Shown here: positions 18,387 through 26,455 of the stretch, piece after piece
How positions within the stretch are numbered: position 1 is the stretch's first letter
How the letters are laid out: each line of letters starts with the position of its first letter
Assembly (NCBI GenBank): GCA_025062045.1
Contig: JANXAF010000003.1
Span: forward strand, 41,444-105,443
DNA from: Thermodesulfobacteriota bacterium
GTDB lineage: Bacteria; Desulfobacterota; Syntrophorhabdia; Syntrophorhabdales; JANXAF01
Direction of reading: 5' to 3'
DNA length: 64,000 nucleotides
Program-made: the position numbers and the translations under genes
Notes under the pieces: model-generated
The model's database searches: none
Told to the model about the DNA's origin: nothing
The model's input: the letters and a program-made list of their open reading frames with translations, nothing else

Positions 18387-18569
18387 ATGGAGCATTACGA
18401 CATTTTCGCAATGGATAAAAAGATACAGGAGATAAAGGAAGCGGTCAAAGAACTCGAGAGGCTTGGGGAAGGAATAGAGGCTGTAAAAAGGAACTTAGTG
18501 CGACTTAAAGCGACTCTAAAGATGCTTGAACTAAATATCTCTGATGTAAAGCTTGTCTATCCTTCTTGA
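18387..18569 (+). CDS. 60-aa predicted helical/coiled-coil protein, unknown function
   Basis: Strong GGGAGG SD 7 nt upstream. Heptad-like K/E/L composition. 12 nt downstream of the ligase. Its 3' end overlaps the convergent Mo-enzyme gene by 13 nt. Confidence 0.5.
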   Translation: MEHYDIFAMDKKIQEIKEAVKELERLGEGIEAVKRNLVRLKATLKMLELNISDVKLVYPS

Positions 18570-20647
18570 GGATCAAGCCGTACTATCCTACAAGGTATCG
18601 CCCTAAGGTTGGGTGTCCCGAACTCCCTTCCAAACGGGGGGCTATCGTCTGTTAGGATATTTATATTGGACCTATCCCATCCGAATAAAGTCTCTTCCTT
18701 TTCCTCAGGAAAGTACCATCCGTAATCGCATAAAACTGTATTTTCGTGAATGTCCGGATTTATCTTTACCTTTTGGAGTATCCTTCCTTGCCGGGTTTCG
18801 ATGTATACGTAAGAACCCTCTTTTAAACCGAAAGATTCTGCAACGTCTGGATGGATCTCCACGCAGGGCTCAGGATACTTTTTTCTCAAAGCTTCTATAT
18901 TTTTTCCTCCAGAGTGTCTAAAATATGTGCGCTTAAGACTCGTAAGGATTAGAGGATATTGAGGATCTTTATCTTCACAAAGAACCTTTTCCAAATCGAC
19001 GGAAGGTAAAGGGGGAAAACCCCATTCTTCCAATCTTTTTGAATATATCTCCACCTTGCCAGAAGGCGTTGGGAAACCGTTTTGTATGTGATGGTTAGGT
19101 TTTGGCTCACCCTTTACGTATCCGATCTCGCATAAATCGTCAAACCTTATCCCTAAAGGAGAAAGGATGTAGTCGAGACACTCTTTTTCGGTTTTCCAGA
19201 AAAGATCTCCGAATCCGCAGGGAATGGAGAGTGCTCTTAAAATCTCATAATCCGATTTTGCTAGACCCACGTTTACCACTTTTTTCTGAGCCGAAAGGAC
19301 AGGGAGCGAATACGGTGGAAGGGAGAGGCTATCGAATTCAAAGAAAGTGGCCGAGGGAAGGAAATAGTGCGCTAAAGAGGCAGTTGGGGTCATAAAATGA
19401 TCAGAAACGACAAGAAGTTCAACCTTTCTTAGAGCTTCGTACACTTTTTTGGCATTCGGATAAGTAAGGAGAAAGTTTCCACCTTGAATGAATAAACCCT
19501 TTATTGGATAGGGGTCCTCTTTAAGGATGGCTTCAATTACAAGCTGAGGCAGCGCATAATAAAGATTGGGTAGCATGTAGCCTTTTCCACCGATCCTCCT
19601 TTTCCTCTCCTCCAAAGAGAGAAGGTTATGTAAGGTTAGTTCGGAAGAACCCCTTTCGATTATCGATGGAGCCTTGTAGTATATGTCCCCACCTGGAATA
19701 TTGAGATTTCCGGAAATAGCCCTCAAGATACATATCGCTCTTGCCGTCTGGAAGTTCTGAGTTGTGTGATCTATTCCGTTTCCCCATTGAATAACTGAAG
19801 GTTTAAGTCCTGCGTAGGCTTTTGCGATCTTTAAGATGAGATCCTTCGGTACGTCAGTTAATTTCTCCACCACTTCGGGTTTGAATGGATCCAACGTGTT
19901 TTTCAATTCTCCGAAGCCTATAGTATACTTCTCAACGAAATCTCTATCGTAAATTTCCTCTTTGACAATGACATAGATGAGGCCTAAGGCCAAAAGAAGA
20001 TCACTCCCAGGCCTTATCTTCACCCATAGATCCGCAATTTTTGCAATCTCAGTCTTTATGGGATCGATAACTATGAGAAAGGCTCCGCTTTTTTTTGCAT
20101 CTTTTATTCTCTCGTAAACATGATGAAGCGTCTCAGAGACGTTATTGGCCCATACTACAATGCACTTGGGTGGGTACTCGAGATCACATATCGCGTAAAA
20201 ACCGTAAGTCAATGTGGATGCCATCCTGCGCGGAATAAAGCAAACGTGTGCCATCGATGTGATATTTGGGCTTCCGAAAGCGTTGGCAAAACGGGAAAGG
20301 TAATCGTCGTGGAGACCCTTTGCAGACCCTCTCATGAAAACTATAGATTCCGGCCCGTATTGAGCCTTTATCTCCAATAACTTTTCAGCAATTTCTCCTA
20401 TTGCCTCATCCCAGGATATTTTTTTCCAAAGCTTCCCTTCTTTACGTAAGGGTATAGTGATCCTTTCTGGATGGTAAAGATAATCTATGGAGGTTAGCCC
20501 CTTTATGCAGAGCTTTCCTCGATTAAGAGGGTGATCAGGATCCCCCCTTACTTCGACGACCTTTGAATCCGAAACTTTAACGATGATTCCGCACCCTATC
20601 TGGCAAAGACCACAGGTGCTTTTAATCTCTCTTTGAGCGTATCTCAT
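18557..20647 (-). CDS. cytoplasmic molybdopterin (Mo/W-bisPGD, DMSO-reductase superfamily) enzyme with an N-terminal [4Fe-4S] site
   Basis: 696 aa. Has the N-terminal C-x2-C-x3-C...C motif (CGLCQIGCG...KLCIKG). No twin-arginine signal. A candidate metal-ligand Cys lies in SMAHVCFIP. FMTPTASLAHYFLP, TPSGKVEIYS and PNLRA are collinear with acetylene-hydratase-type members as I recall them. Confidence 0.8.
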   Translation of the reverse strand: MRYAQREIKSTCGLCQIGCGIIVKVSDSKVVEVRGDPDHPLNRGKLCIKGLTSIDYLYHPERITIPLRKEGKLWKKISWDEAIGEIAEKLLEIKAQYGPESIVFMRGSAKGLHDDYLSRFANAFGSPNITSMAHVCFIPRRMASTLTYGFYAICDLEYPPKCIVVWANNVSETLHHVYERIKDAKKSGAFLIVIDPIKTEIAKIADLWVKIRPGSDLLLALGLIYVIVKEEIYDRDFVEKYTIGFGELKNTLDPFKPEVVEKLTDVPKDLILKIAKAYAGLKPSVIQWGNGIDHTTQNFQTARAICILRAISGNLNIPGGDIYYKAPSIIERGSSELTLHNLLSLEERKRRIGGKGYMLPNLYYALPQLVIEAILKEDPYPIKGLFIQGGNFLLTYPNAKKVYEALRKVELLVVSDHFMTPTASLAHYFLPSATFFEFDSLSLPPYSLPVLSAQKKVVNVGLAKSDYEILRALSIPCGFGDLFWKTEKECLDYILSPLGIRFDDLCEIGYVKGEPKPNHHIQNGFPTPSGKVEIYSKRLEEWGFPPLPSVDLEKVLCEDKDPQYPLILTSLKRTYFRHSGGKNIEALRKKYPEPCVEIHPDVAESFGLKEGSYVYIETRQGRILQKVKINPDIHENTVLCDYGWYFPEEKEETLFGWDRSNINILTDDSPPFGREFGTPNLRAIPCRIVRLDPQEG

Positions 20648-21633
20648 AGTTTAAAAAGAGTTTTTGCATTTTCGGAGAAGATCTTTTGGCCTTCCTCAGT
20701 AGAGAGATTTAGAGATTTGAGACTCTCTATTGCCCTTTCCACACCTCCTATTGGATGAGGATAATCGGTCCCAAAGAGCACATGGTCGATCCCCATGTAT
20801 TCTATCGCACACCTCATCGCGGGCAAGTGGAAGGAGACGGTGTCGATGTAAACGTTCGTTTTGTAATATATAGAAGGTTTTTTCATTGCTGAAAATTTAA
20901 AATCCTTTCCGTAGGTTTCATATGCGTCATCCACTCTTCTCACCAGATAAGGAAATACCCCTCCAAGGTGAGGATGGATGACCTTTAGGTTTTGAAACCT
21001 GTCGAAAACACCGAATAGTATGAGTCCTGCAACTGCAATAGTCGTATCCATGATGAATCCAAAAAGGGGGATTGGCATCATGACCTTTTTTAGAACTGTT
21101 GTAGTAATAGGAGGTCCTGGATGAACAAGGATTGGAAGATCAAAATTCGATGCGGCCTCGTATATCGGATAAAATTCCTGGAAGTATATCGGTTTACCAG
21201 CGACATTTGAGAACATAATAACTCCTTTTGCGTCAAGATCCCTCTTTGCCCGTTCTAGTTCCTTTACTGATGCTAAAACGTCTTGAATGGGAAGAGTCGC
21301 CAAAAAATGAAGTCTCCCTTTGCTCTTTTGACATATGGAAGCAAAATAGTCATTGAGCTTTTTTGCCCAAAAAACACCATCCCTTTTAGGCAGTAACTCT
21401 ACACTCGGTGTCGTAAGACTCATCAGATTGACATCTATTCCTTTTTCATCCATATCCTTGATCCTTTCTTCCACATCCAAATGTCCCTTTTTTTCGATTG
21501 TTGCAAGCCTCGTTCCCTTAAAGTAGATGAGAATCTTCTCTTCCTTTTTTCTGATCGTTATCGTTTTAGAGTGGCTTTCCAGATAGTCAAGCCATTCTTT
21601 CGGGTATAAATGGTTATGGACATCTATTAACAA
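20644..21633 (-). CDS. amidohydrolase_2 (ACMSD/gamma-resorcylate-decarboxylase family) protein with the canonical HxH motif
   Basis: 329 aa. Has IDVHNHLYP, ILVHPG, IHPHLGG and LFGTDYPH. There is a 4-nt ATGA overlap with the Mo-enzyme gene. Confidence 0.8.
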   Translation of the reverse strand: MLIDVHNHLYPKEWLDYLESHSKTITIRKKEEKILIYFKGTRLATIEKKGHLDVEERIKDMDEKGIDVNLMSLTTPSVELLPKRDGVFWAKKLNDYFASICQKSKGRLHFLATLPIQDVLASVKELERAKRDLDAKGVIMFSNVAGKPIYFQEFYPIYEAASNFDLPILVHPGPPITTTVLKKVMMPIPLFGFIMDTTIAVAGLILFGVFDRFQNLKVIHPHLGGVFPYLVRRVDDAYETYGKDFKFSAMKKPSIYYKTNVYIDTVSFHLPAMRCAIEYMGIDHVLFGTDYPHPIGGVERAIESLKSLNLSTEEGQKIFSENAKTLFKL

Positions 21634-21642
21634 ATCACCCTC

Positions 21643-21846
21643 CTAGTAAAGCATCTCCACAGGGAAGAAAATCTTTATGGCACCCATCGGACACTCAAGT
21701 CTACAGGACCCACAGTGCCAGCATTCATCGGCATACTTGACAATTGGCATATTTTTTTCGGAATCGAAATGTATAACATCCAAAGGACATATCTTATCGC
21801 ACATCCCACATCCAGAACATCTATCCATATCTATATTCGGGGGCAT
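21643..21846 (-). CDS. 2x[4Fe-4S] mini-ferredoxin, AprB-N-terminal-domain-like (copy A)
   Basis: 67 aa. Has CSGCGMCDKICP and CWHCGSCRLECP. Overall pattern is MPP.I....C.GC...C....K......CW.C..C...CP.GAI. Confidence 0.85.
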   Translation of the reverse strand: MPPNIDMDRCSGCGMCDKICPLDVIHFDSEKNMPIVKYADECWHCGSCRLECPMGAIKIFFPVEMLY

Positions 21847-21861
21847 GTTGTCACCTAATCC

Positions 21862-23547
21862 TTAAGGAATTTTGTCATAGCTTAACTTTTTAAACTCTTT
21901 TACAACTTTCCCATCTTTCTGAAAGATCACTATTTCCCCCTCAAACTCTTCCTTTGTCTCCGGATAGTCAGAACGGAAATGGAAGATTCCGAACCTAGTT
22001 TCTTTCCTTTCCAACGAAGCATGGCACATGATCGTACCGATATCTATCAGTTGGTTTGTTTCATGAACTCTCATAAGCTCGTGAAAATCTTTTGCCTTGA
22101 GAGCTTGCGCCTCCTCTTTTAAGCTTTGAAGCTTATCTATTGCCAGATTTAAACTTTTTTCATTTCTTACGGGTCCTGCGTATTCCCACATCACTCTCCT
22201 TATTACATTTTCCACTGTTTTATGATCTAGATTTCCAGTGACCCATAGCGGTCTATAGATTGCTTCTTTTAGTCTCTGAATCTCTTTTTTATCGACTCTT
22301 ATTGGGTGAGAGTAGTTTTTGGCATATTCAGCCGCCACTTTGCCGGAAAGATATCCTCCGGTTGTGCACAAATGCACGCATCGCATCTGGTCAGTACAGT
22401 CACCACAGGCAAAGAGGCCTTCTATCGAACTTGATGTCCTCTCGTCTATCATTATTCCGCTTCCACAAACTTCAGAAGGACCTGCCTGCATACCTTCCGA
22501 ATACATAACCTCCAAAGGTTCTTTAGAGAGATCCACCCCCTTTTGTTCCAAAAAATCAGGAAGGGTATCTTTGTCGTAACCGAGTGTCCGTTTTAGATGG
22601 TTTAGATCAGCTTCCGAGAGGTGGGTACAGTCGATGTAAATCGGTCCGTTTCCCATTTGGATCTCTTTCATGACCGCATAAACAAGCATACTTCTTGGAG
22701 CTTTGTTCCCCATAGGATGGTATTTTGCCATAAATTCCTCGCCGTAAGCGTTGATCAACCTTCCACCCATTCCCATAAGAGCGTTCAATCCGGCCGCACT
22801 GAACCCTTTCGGCACGACCGTAATCCTCATGTACTCCATGTTTGCGAGCTTGGCACCGACTTTATAAGCCATAACTTGTGCTGCTCCAGTATTTTGTGGA
22901 CACTGCCAAGTATTAAAAGGGAGCCCTGTTGGGTTATGGAAGAGCCTTGTTGTGCATCCTGTGGCTAAAATAGTCGCCTTCGCTTTAACTATATAAAAAT
23001 CCCCCGTTCTTATATTAAAGCCAACTGCGCCTATAACTCGTTCCCCATCATAGAGGAGATCGGTCATCATACATCTCTCTAAGGCAAAGACCCCAAGTCT
23101 TCTTGCTTCTTTTGCTAAAGCCGGTTTGAGATTCTTACCGTTAAAGTTTATGAAATAGGGTCCTGGCTGTCCTAAGGACTGGGTCCTAAGATACTTACCG
23201 TCACTCTGTTTAAGGGTGCATCCTATCTTTTCCATCCTTTCTAGTGCCGCCTCAAGTTCCTTGCAGAAGACTGCATCCTGTACCTTCAAATCTACTGCTC
23301 CTCGGGCGATCTTCGCCACATAACTTAGGTACGCTTCTCTCGTATCCCACGGTCCTGTATTGAGATAGGCCATGAAATGGTCAACCCCTCCGGCGGTTGC
23401 CCCGCATCTTTCGAGTGTCCCTTTATCTGCCACTATAACTTTTACGTTTTTCTCTAGTGCGCCAAGCGCCGCATTATTACCGGCAAGCCCACCGCCTACT
23501 ATGAGAACGTCCGTTTCGAATTCGTATTCTCTTATGTTTCCGATCAT
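21862..23547 (-). CDS. AprA-like FAD flavoprotein of the succinate dehydrogenase/fumarate reductase/APS reductase superfamily (copy A)
   Basis: 561 aa. Has an N-terminal DVLIVGGGLAGNNAA dinucleotide fold. FYIVKAKATILATG, NAYGEEF, GPIYID and DFHELMRVHE...RKETRFGIFHFRSDYPE are collinear with A. fulgidus AprA as I recall it. Confidence 0.75.
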   Translation of the reverse strand: MIGNIREYEFETDVLIVGGGLAGNNAALGALEKNVKVIVADKGTLERCGATAGGVDHFMAYLNTGPWDTREAYLSYVAKIARGAVDLKVQDAVFCKELEAALERMEKIGCTLKQSDGKYLRTQSLGQPGPYFINFNGKNLKPALAKEARRLGVFALERCMMTDLLYDGERVIGAVGFNIRTGDFYIVKAKATILATGCTTRLFHNPTGLPFNTWQCPQNTGAAQVMAYKVGAKLANMEYMRITVVPKGFSAAGLNALMGMGGRLINAYGEEFMAKYHPMGNKAPRSMLVYAVMKEIQMGNGPIYIDCTHLSEADLNHLKRTLGYDKDTLPDFLEQKGVDLSKEPLEVMYSEGMQAGPSEVCGSGIMIDERTSSSIEGLFACGDCTDQMRCVHLCTTGGYLSGKVAAEYAKNYSHPIRVDKKEIQRLKEAIYRPLWVTGNLDHKTVENVIRRVMWEYAGPVRNEKSLNLAIDKLQSLKEEAQALKAKDFHELMRVHETNQLIDIGTIMCHASLERKETRFGIFHFRSDYPETKEEFEGEIVIFQKDGKVVKEFKKLSYDKIP

Positions 23548-23549
23548 GG

Positions 23550-24575
23550 CTAATTTAGTCTCAGTAATCTTTTTGCATTTCCCTCAAATATAGCAGTCTT
23601 GTCTTCCTCCGTAAGAATGTCGAGAGTCTCGATTATATGGATAGTTTCTCTTATGTAAGGAGAGTCCTCCTCGTGTATGTTTGGACGTGAGTCGAAGGGC
23701 ATGTCGGTTCCAAATAGTACATGATCGACCCCAAAAAAGAGGATTCCACACCTTGTGGATTCTTTTGCGCCGAAAAGAGCTGTGTCCGCATAGAACATTT
23801 TAAAGTAATCGATCGGTCTTTTCTTCATAGATTTTATGAGGGATTCGTAGTCTTCACCGGAAGTCCTAGAACCGAGCATGTCCCATGCTGGTCCAACCCT
23901 TCCAGCCTGGTAAGGTGCTATCCCGCCCAGGTGATGGGTTATTATCTTTATGGAGGGGTACTTCTCGAAGATTCTGGAGAAGACTAAGTGTGCCATGCAC
24001 ACACTCGTCTCATACGGCCATCCGAATATGAACCATATCTCGTAATGGCTTTTCGTTTCCGCCTTATAATCGGGAAAGTCAGAACCCCTCGTGGGGTGTA
24101 TCCATATGGGTCTTTCGATTTCTGCCATGTATTTGAATAGGGGTTCAAATTCTGGCCTATCCAATGGTTTCCCAAGGACATTGGTAAAGAGCTGAATCCC
24201 GAAAGCTCCAAGCTCATCTATTGCACGTTGAGCCTCTTTTAGTGAAGCGTCTATGTCATTCAATGGAAGGGAGGCGACAAACCCCAAAAACCTATCGGGG
24301 TATCTATCTACGATCTCTTTCATTGAGTCATTTGCGATCCTTGCAAGCTCGTATGTGACATTCGGTGGGCCGAATGTTTCGATTGGTGGAGCCGCAAGGG
24401 TCAAAACCTGAACGTAATTTTCAAACTTATCCATGATTCTAAATCTGTCTTCGAGCTCGTAGAGGGCATAAATATTTCGCACCCTTTTGTTCATATCTTT
24501 CGCATGGGGCGCGAGCTTTTGGACCTTATCCAGGTATTTTTTTGGCAAGATGTGGCAGAACATATCGATCTTCAT
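23550..24575 (-). CDS. amidohydrolase_2 (ACMSD-family) protein, atypical F-x-H N-terminal motif (copy A)
   Basis: 341 aa. Has KIDMFCHILP (ACMSD has KIDIHSHILP), PIWIHP, ITHHLGG and LFGTDMPFD. Confidence 0.8.
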   Translation of the reverse strand: MKIDMFCHILPKKYLDKVQKLAPHAKDMNKRVRNIYALYELEDRFRIMDKFENYVQVLTLAAPPIETFGPPNVTYELARIANDSMKEIVDRYPDRFLGFVASLPLNDIDASLKEAQRAIDELGAFGIQLFTNVLGKPLDRPEFEPLFKYMAEIERPIWIHPTRGSDFPDYKAETKSHYEIWFIFGWPYETSVCMAHLVFSRIFEKYPSIKIITHHLGGIAPYQAGRVGPAWDMLGSRTSGEDYESLIKSMKKRPIDYFKMFYADTALFGAKESTRCGILFFGVDHVLFGTDMPFDSRPNIHEEDSPYIRETIHIIETLDILTEEDKTAIFEGNAKRLLRLN

Positions 24576-26452
24576 CTCTTACTCCTCTTTATCCATTCGT
24601 AGATTATAAAGGGGGCCGATATTGAAAGGCCTACTATATCGTAAATTACTCCCGGCACCATAACTGTGAGACCACTTAGGAATAGAATCGCCCTGACCCA
24701 TAATTTTAGTTCGCTAAAAAGATAGCCCTCAACTCCGATAGCGAGAAGTACCACACCTATGACTCCAAAAATTATGGACTCGACTATTTCGATAGGTGAC
24801 CCGATGAGGATTAGACTCGGTTTAAATATGAATATGAAGGGCACAATGTAAGCAACGATACCTAGCTTCATCGCCTGGTATGCGGTTTTGAGCATATCAT
24901 CCTCTGCTATAGCCGCTGCCGCGTACGCTGCAAGGCAAACAGGTGGGGTGAGAAAAGAAAGAACTGCGAAATAAAAGACGAAAAAATGGGCAAGAATCGG
25001 TTGTATTCCAAGCTCAATAAGGGCGGGGGCAGCAAGCGTTACCATAAGGAGATAAGAACCGGTTGCGGGCATTCCCATACCGAGAATCACTGCTCCAAAT
25101 GCCGTAAGGAGAAGTAGAGGTACGATCTTCTTCCCGGCAAGTTCAACTAGAAGAGCTGAGAACGAAAATGCAAGTCCCGTAATGGAAAGAATCCCTATAA
25201 GAATTCCAGCTCCTGCACATGTTATACAGATCTCCAGGAAAAATCTTCCACATTCCGAGAATATGGGGAAGATACTTTTTGCTCTCACTCTTTTTAGCAC
25301 GAGCCACCCTAGAAGAAATGCGAATGCTGTAGTATAGATACCCGCGTATTCAGCCTCCATCTGCTTAAAAAAGAGAAGATATATGAGAAGTAGAAATGGG
25401 ATGGATATAAGCCAATTCTTTTTCAAAGTTTGGTATAGGGATGGGATTTTACTTTTCTCCATCCCTTTAAGTCCCAACTTTGCGGCCTCCAGATCTACTT
25501 GAACGAAAACGGCAAAATAGTAAAGTAAAGCGGGTATTATGGCGGCGATAGCGACCTTTGCGTATGGAATTCCTAGAAAGGTGGCCATGATAAATGCCGA
25601 CGCTCCCATAATGGGAGGCATAATCTGGCCGCCTGTTGAAGAGACGGCCTCTACAGCCCCTGCGTAGTAAGGCTTGTAGCCGGCTTTCTTCATAAGAGGT
25701 ATGGTGAATGTGCCTGTTGTTACAACGTTGGCAACCGCGCTTCCAGAAATCATGCCGAAAAGGGAAGATGCGAAAACAGCTACCTTCGCCTGACCTCCTC
25801 TAAATCTTCCTAAAATCGATGTTGCCACATCGTTAAAAAACTCACCCAAGCCGACCTTTGATATGGTCTGTCCGAATAGAATGAATACGAGAACGACTGT
25901 GGATGATACGATAACAGGAACCCCAATTATCCCTTGAGGATCAACGTAGAGGTAGTTGGCCAAATTCTTCCAAGAGACACTCTTTAGGCCTAGTGGAAGG
26001 TGGGAAAGAAAAAGGGCGACCAGTATGAAAAAGACGATAATTACTAAAAAAGGGTATCCCGTAACCCTTCTTATTGCCTCAAGGGTAAGTAGGATGGCAA
26101 GTATGCCTAAAAAGATCCTGTGGGGTTTTAAGAGCCCGACTTCTATCATTATTTCGTCGTAGAAGATGCCCAGATAAAAGAAGCAGAAAAGAGAAACAGA
26201 TGCAAAGACGAAATCGTAAAAAGGGACTTTATCTGAGGTTATCCTTCTTGAGGGACGGATGAATATAAAAGTTGAAAAGAGTGTAAGTCCGTAGATCAAA
26301 GCTACCCATTGGTGGATGTGGAATGACTTAGAGAAGTATGCAGGGAGGTTTAGAATAGCTGTTATCGCAAGGAGGGGGATAAGGAATAGGCCTAAGTTTC
26401 CGACTATCTTCGCTATCCCCCCCGGATCCCTAAAACGGGATACCCTTTCCAT
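24572..26452 (-). CDS. TRAP transporter fused permease (TAXI-associated DctQM-type)
   Basis: 626 aa and polytopic. Has GGQAKVAVFASSLFGMISGSAVANVVTTGTFTIPLMKKAGY. It is a clear paralog of 42451..44301. Confidence 0.85.
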   Translation of the reverse strand: MERVSRFRDPGGIAKIVGNLGLFLIPLLAITAILNLPAYFSKSFHIHQWVALIYGLTLFSTFIFIRPSRRITSDKVPFYDFVFASVSLFCFFYLGIFYDEIMIEVGLLKPHRIFLGILAILLTLEAIRRVTGYPFLVIIVFFILVALFLSHLPLGLKSVSWKNLANYLYVDPQGIIGVPVIVSSTVVLVFILFGQTISKVGLGEFFNDVATSILGRFRGGQAKVAVFASSLFGMISGSAVANVVTTGTFTIPLMKKAGYKPYYAGAVEAVSSTGGQIMPPIMGASAFIMATFLGIPYAKVAIAAIIPALLYYFAVFVQVDLEAAKLGLKGMEKSKIPSLYQTLKKNWLISIPFLLLIYLLFFKQMEAEYAGIYTTAFAFLLGWLVLKRVRAKSIFPIFSECGRFFLEICITCAGAGILIGILSITGLAFSFSALLVELAGKKIVPLLLLTAFGAVILGMGMPATGSYLLMVTLAAPALIELGIQPILAHFFVFYFAVLSFLTPPVCLAAYAAAAIAEDDMLKTAYQAMKLGIVAYIVPFIFIFKPSLILIGSPIEIVESIIFGVIGVVLLAIGVEGYLFSELKLWVRAILFLSGLTVMVPGVIYDIVGLSISAPFIIYEWIKRSKR

Positions 26453-26455
26453 CCT

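Noticed and set aside
18557-20647. Calling the Mo/W enzyme a formate dehydrogenase, a selenoprotein or acetylene hydratase.
   Set aside because: There is no in-frame TGA and no FdhB/D-type partners. The Asp adjacent to the FeS motif that is characteristic of acetylene hydratase is Gln here. Only the superfamily and architecture are claimed.
21643-23547. Calling the flavoprotein/ferredoxin pairs genuine dissimilatory APS reductase (aprAB).
   Set aside because: The ferredoxin lacks the AprB C-terminal domain. The gene order is A then B. No sat, qmo or dsr neighbours are present. There are two divergent copies embedded in transporter/amidohydrolase operons. The pairs are therefore reported only as AprAB-like.
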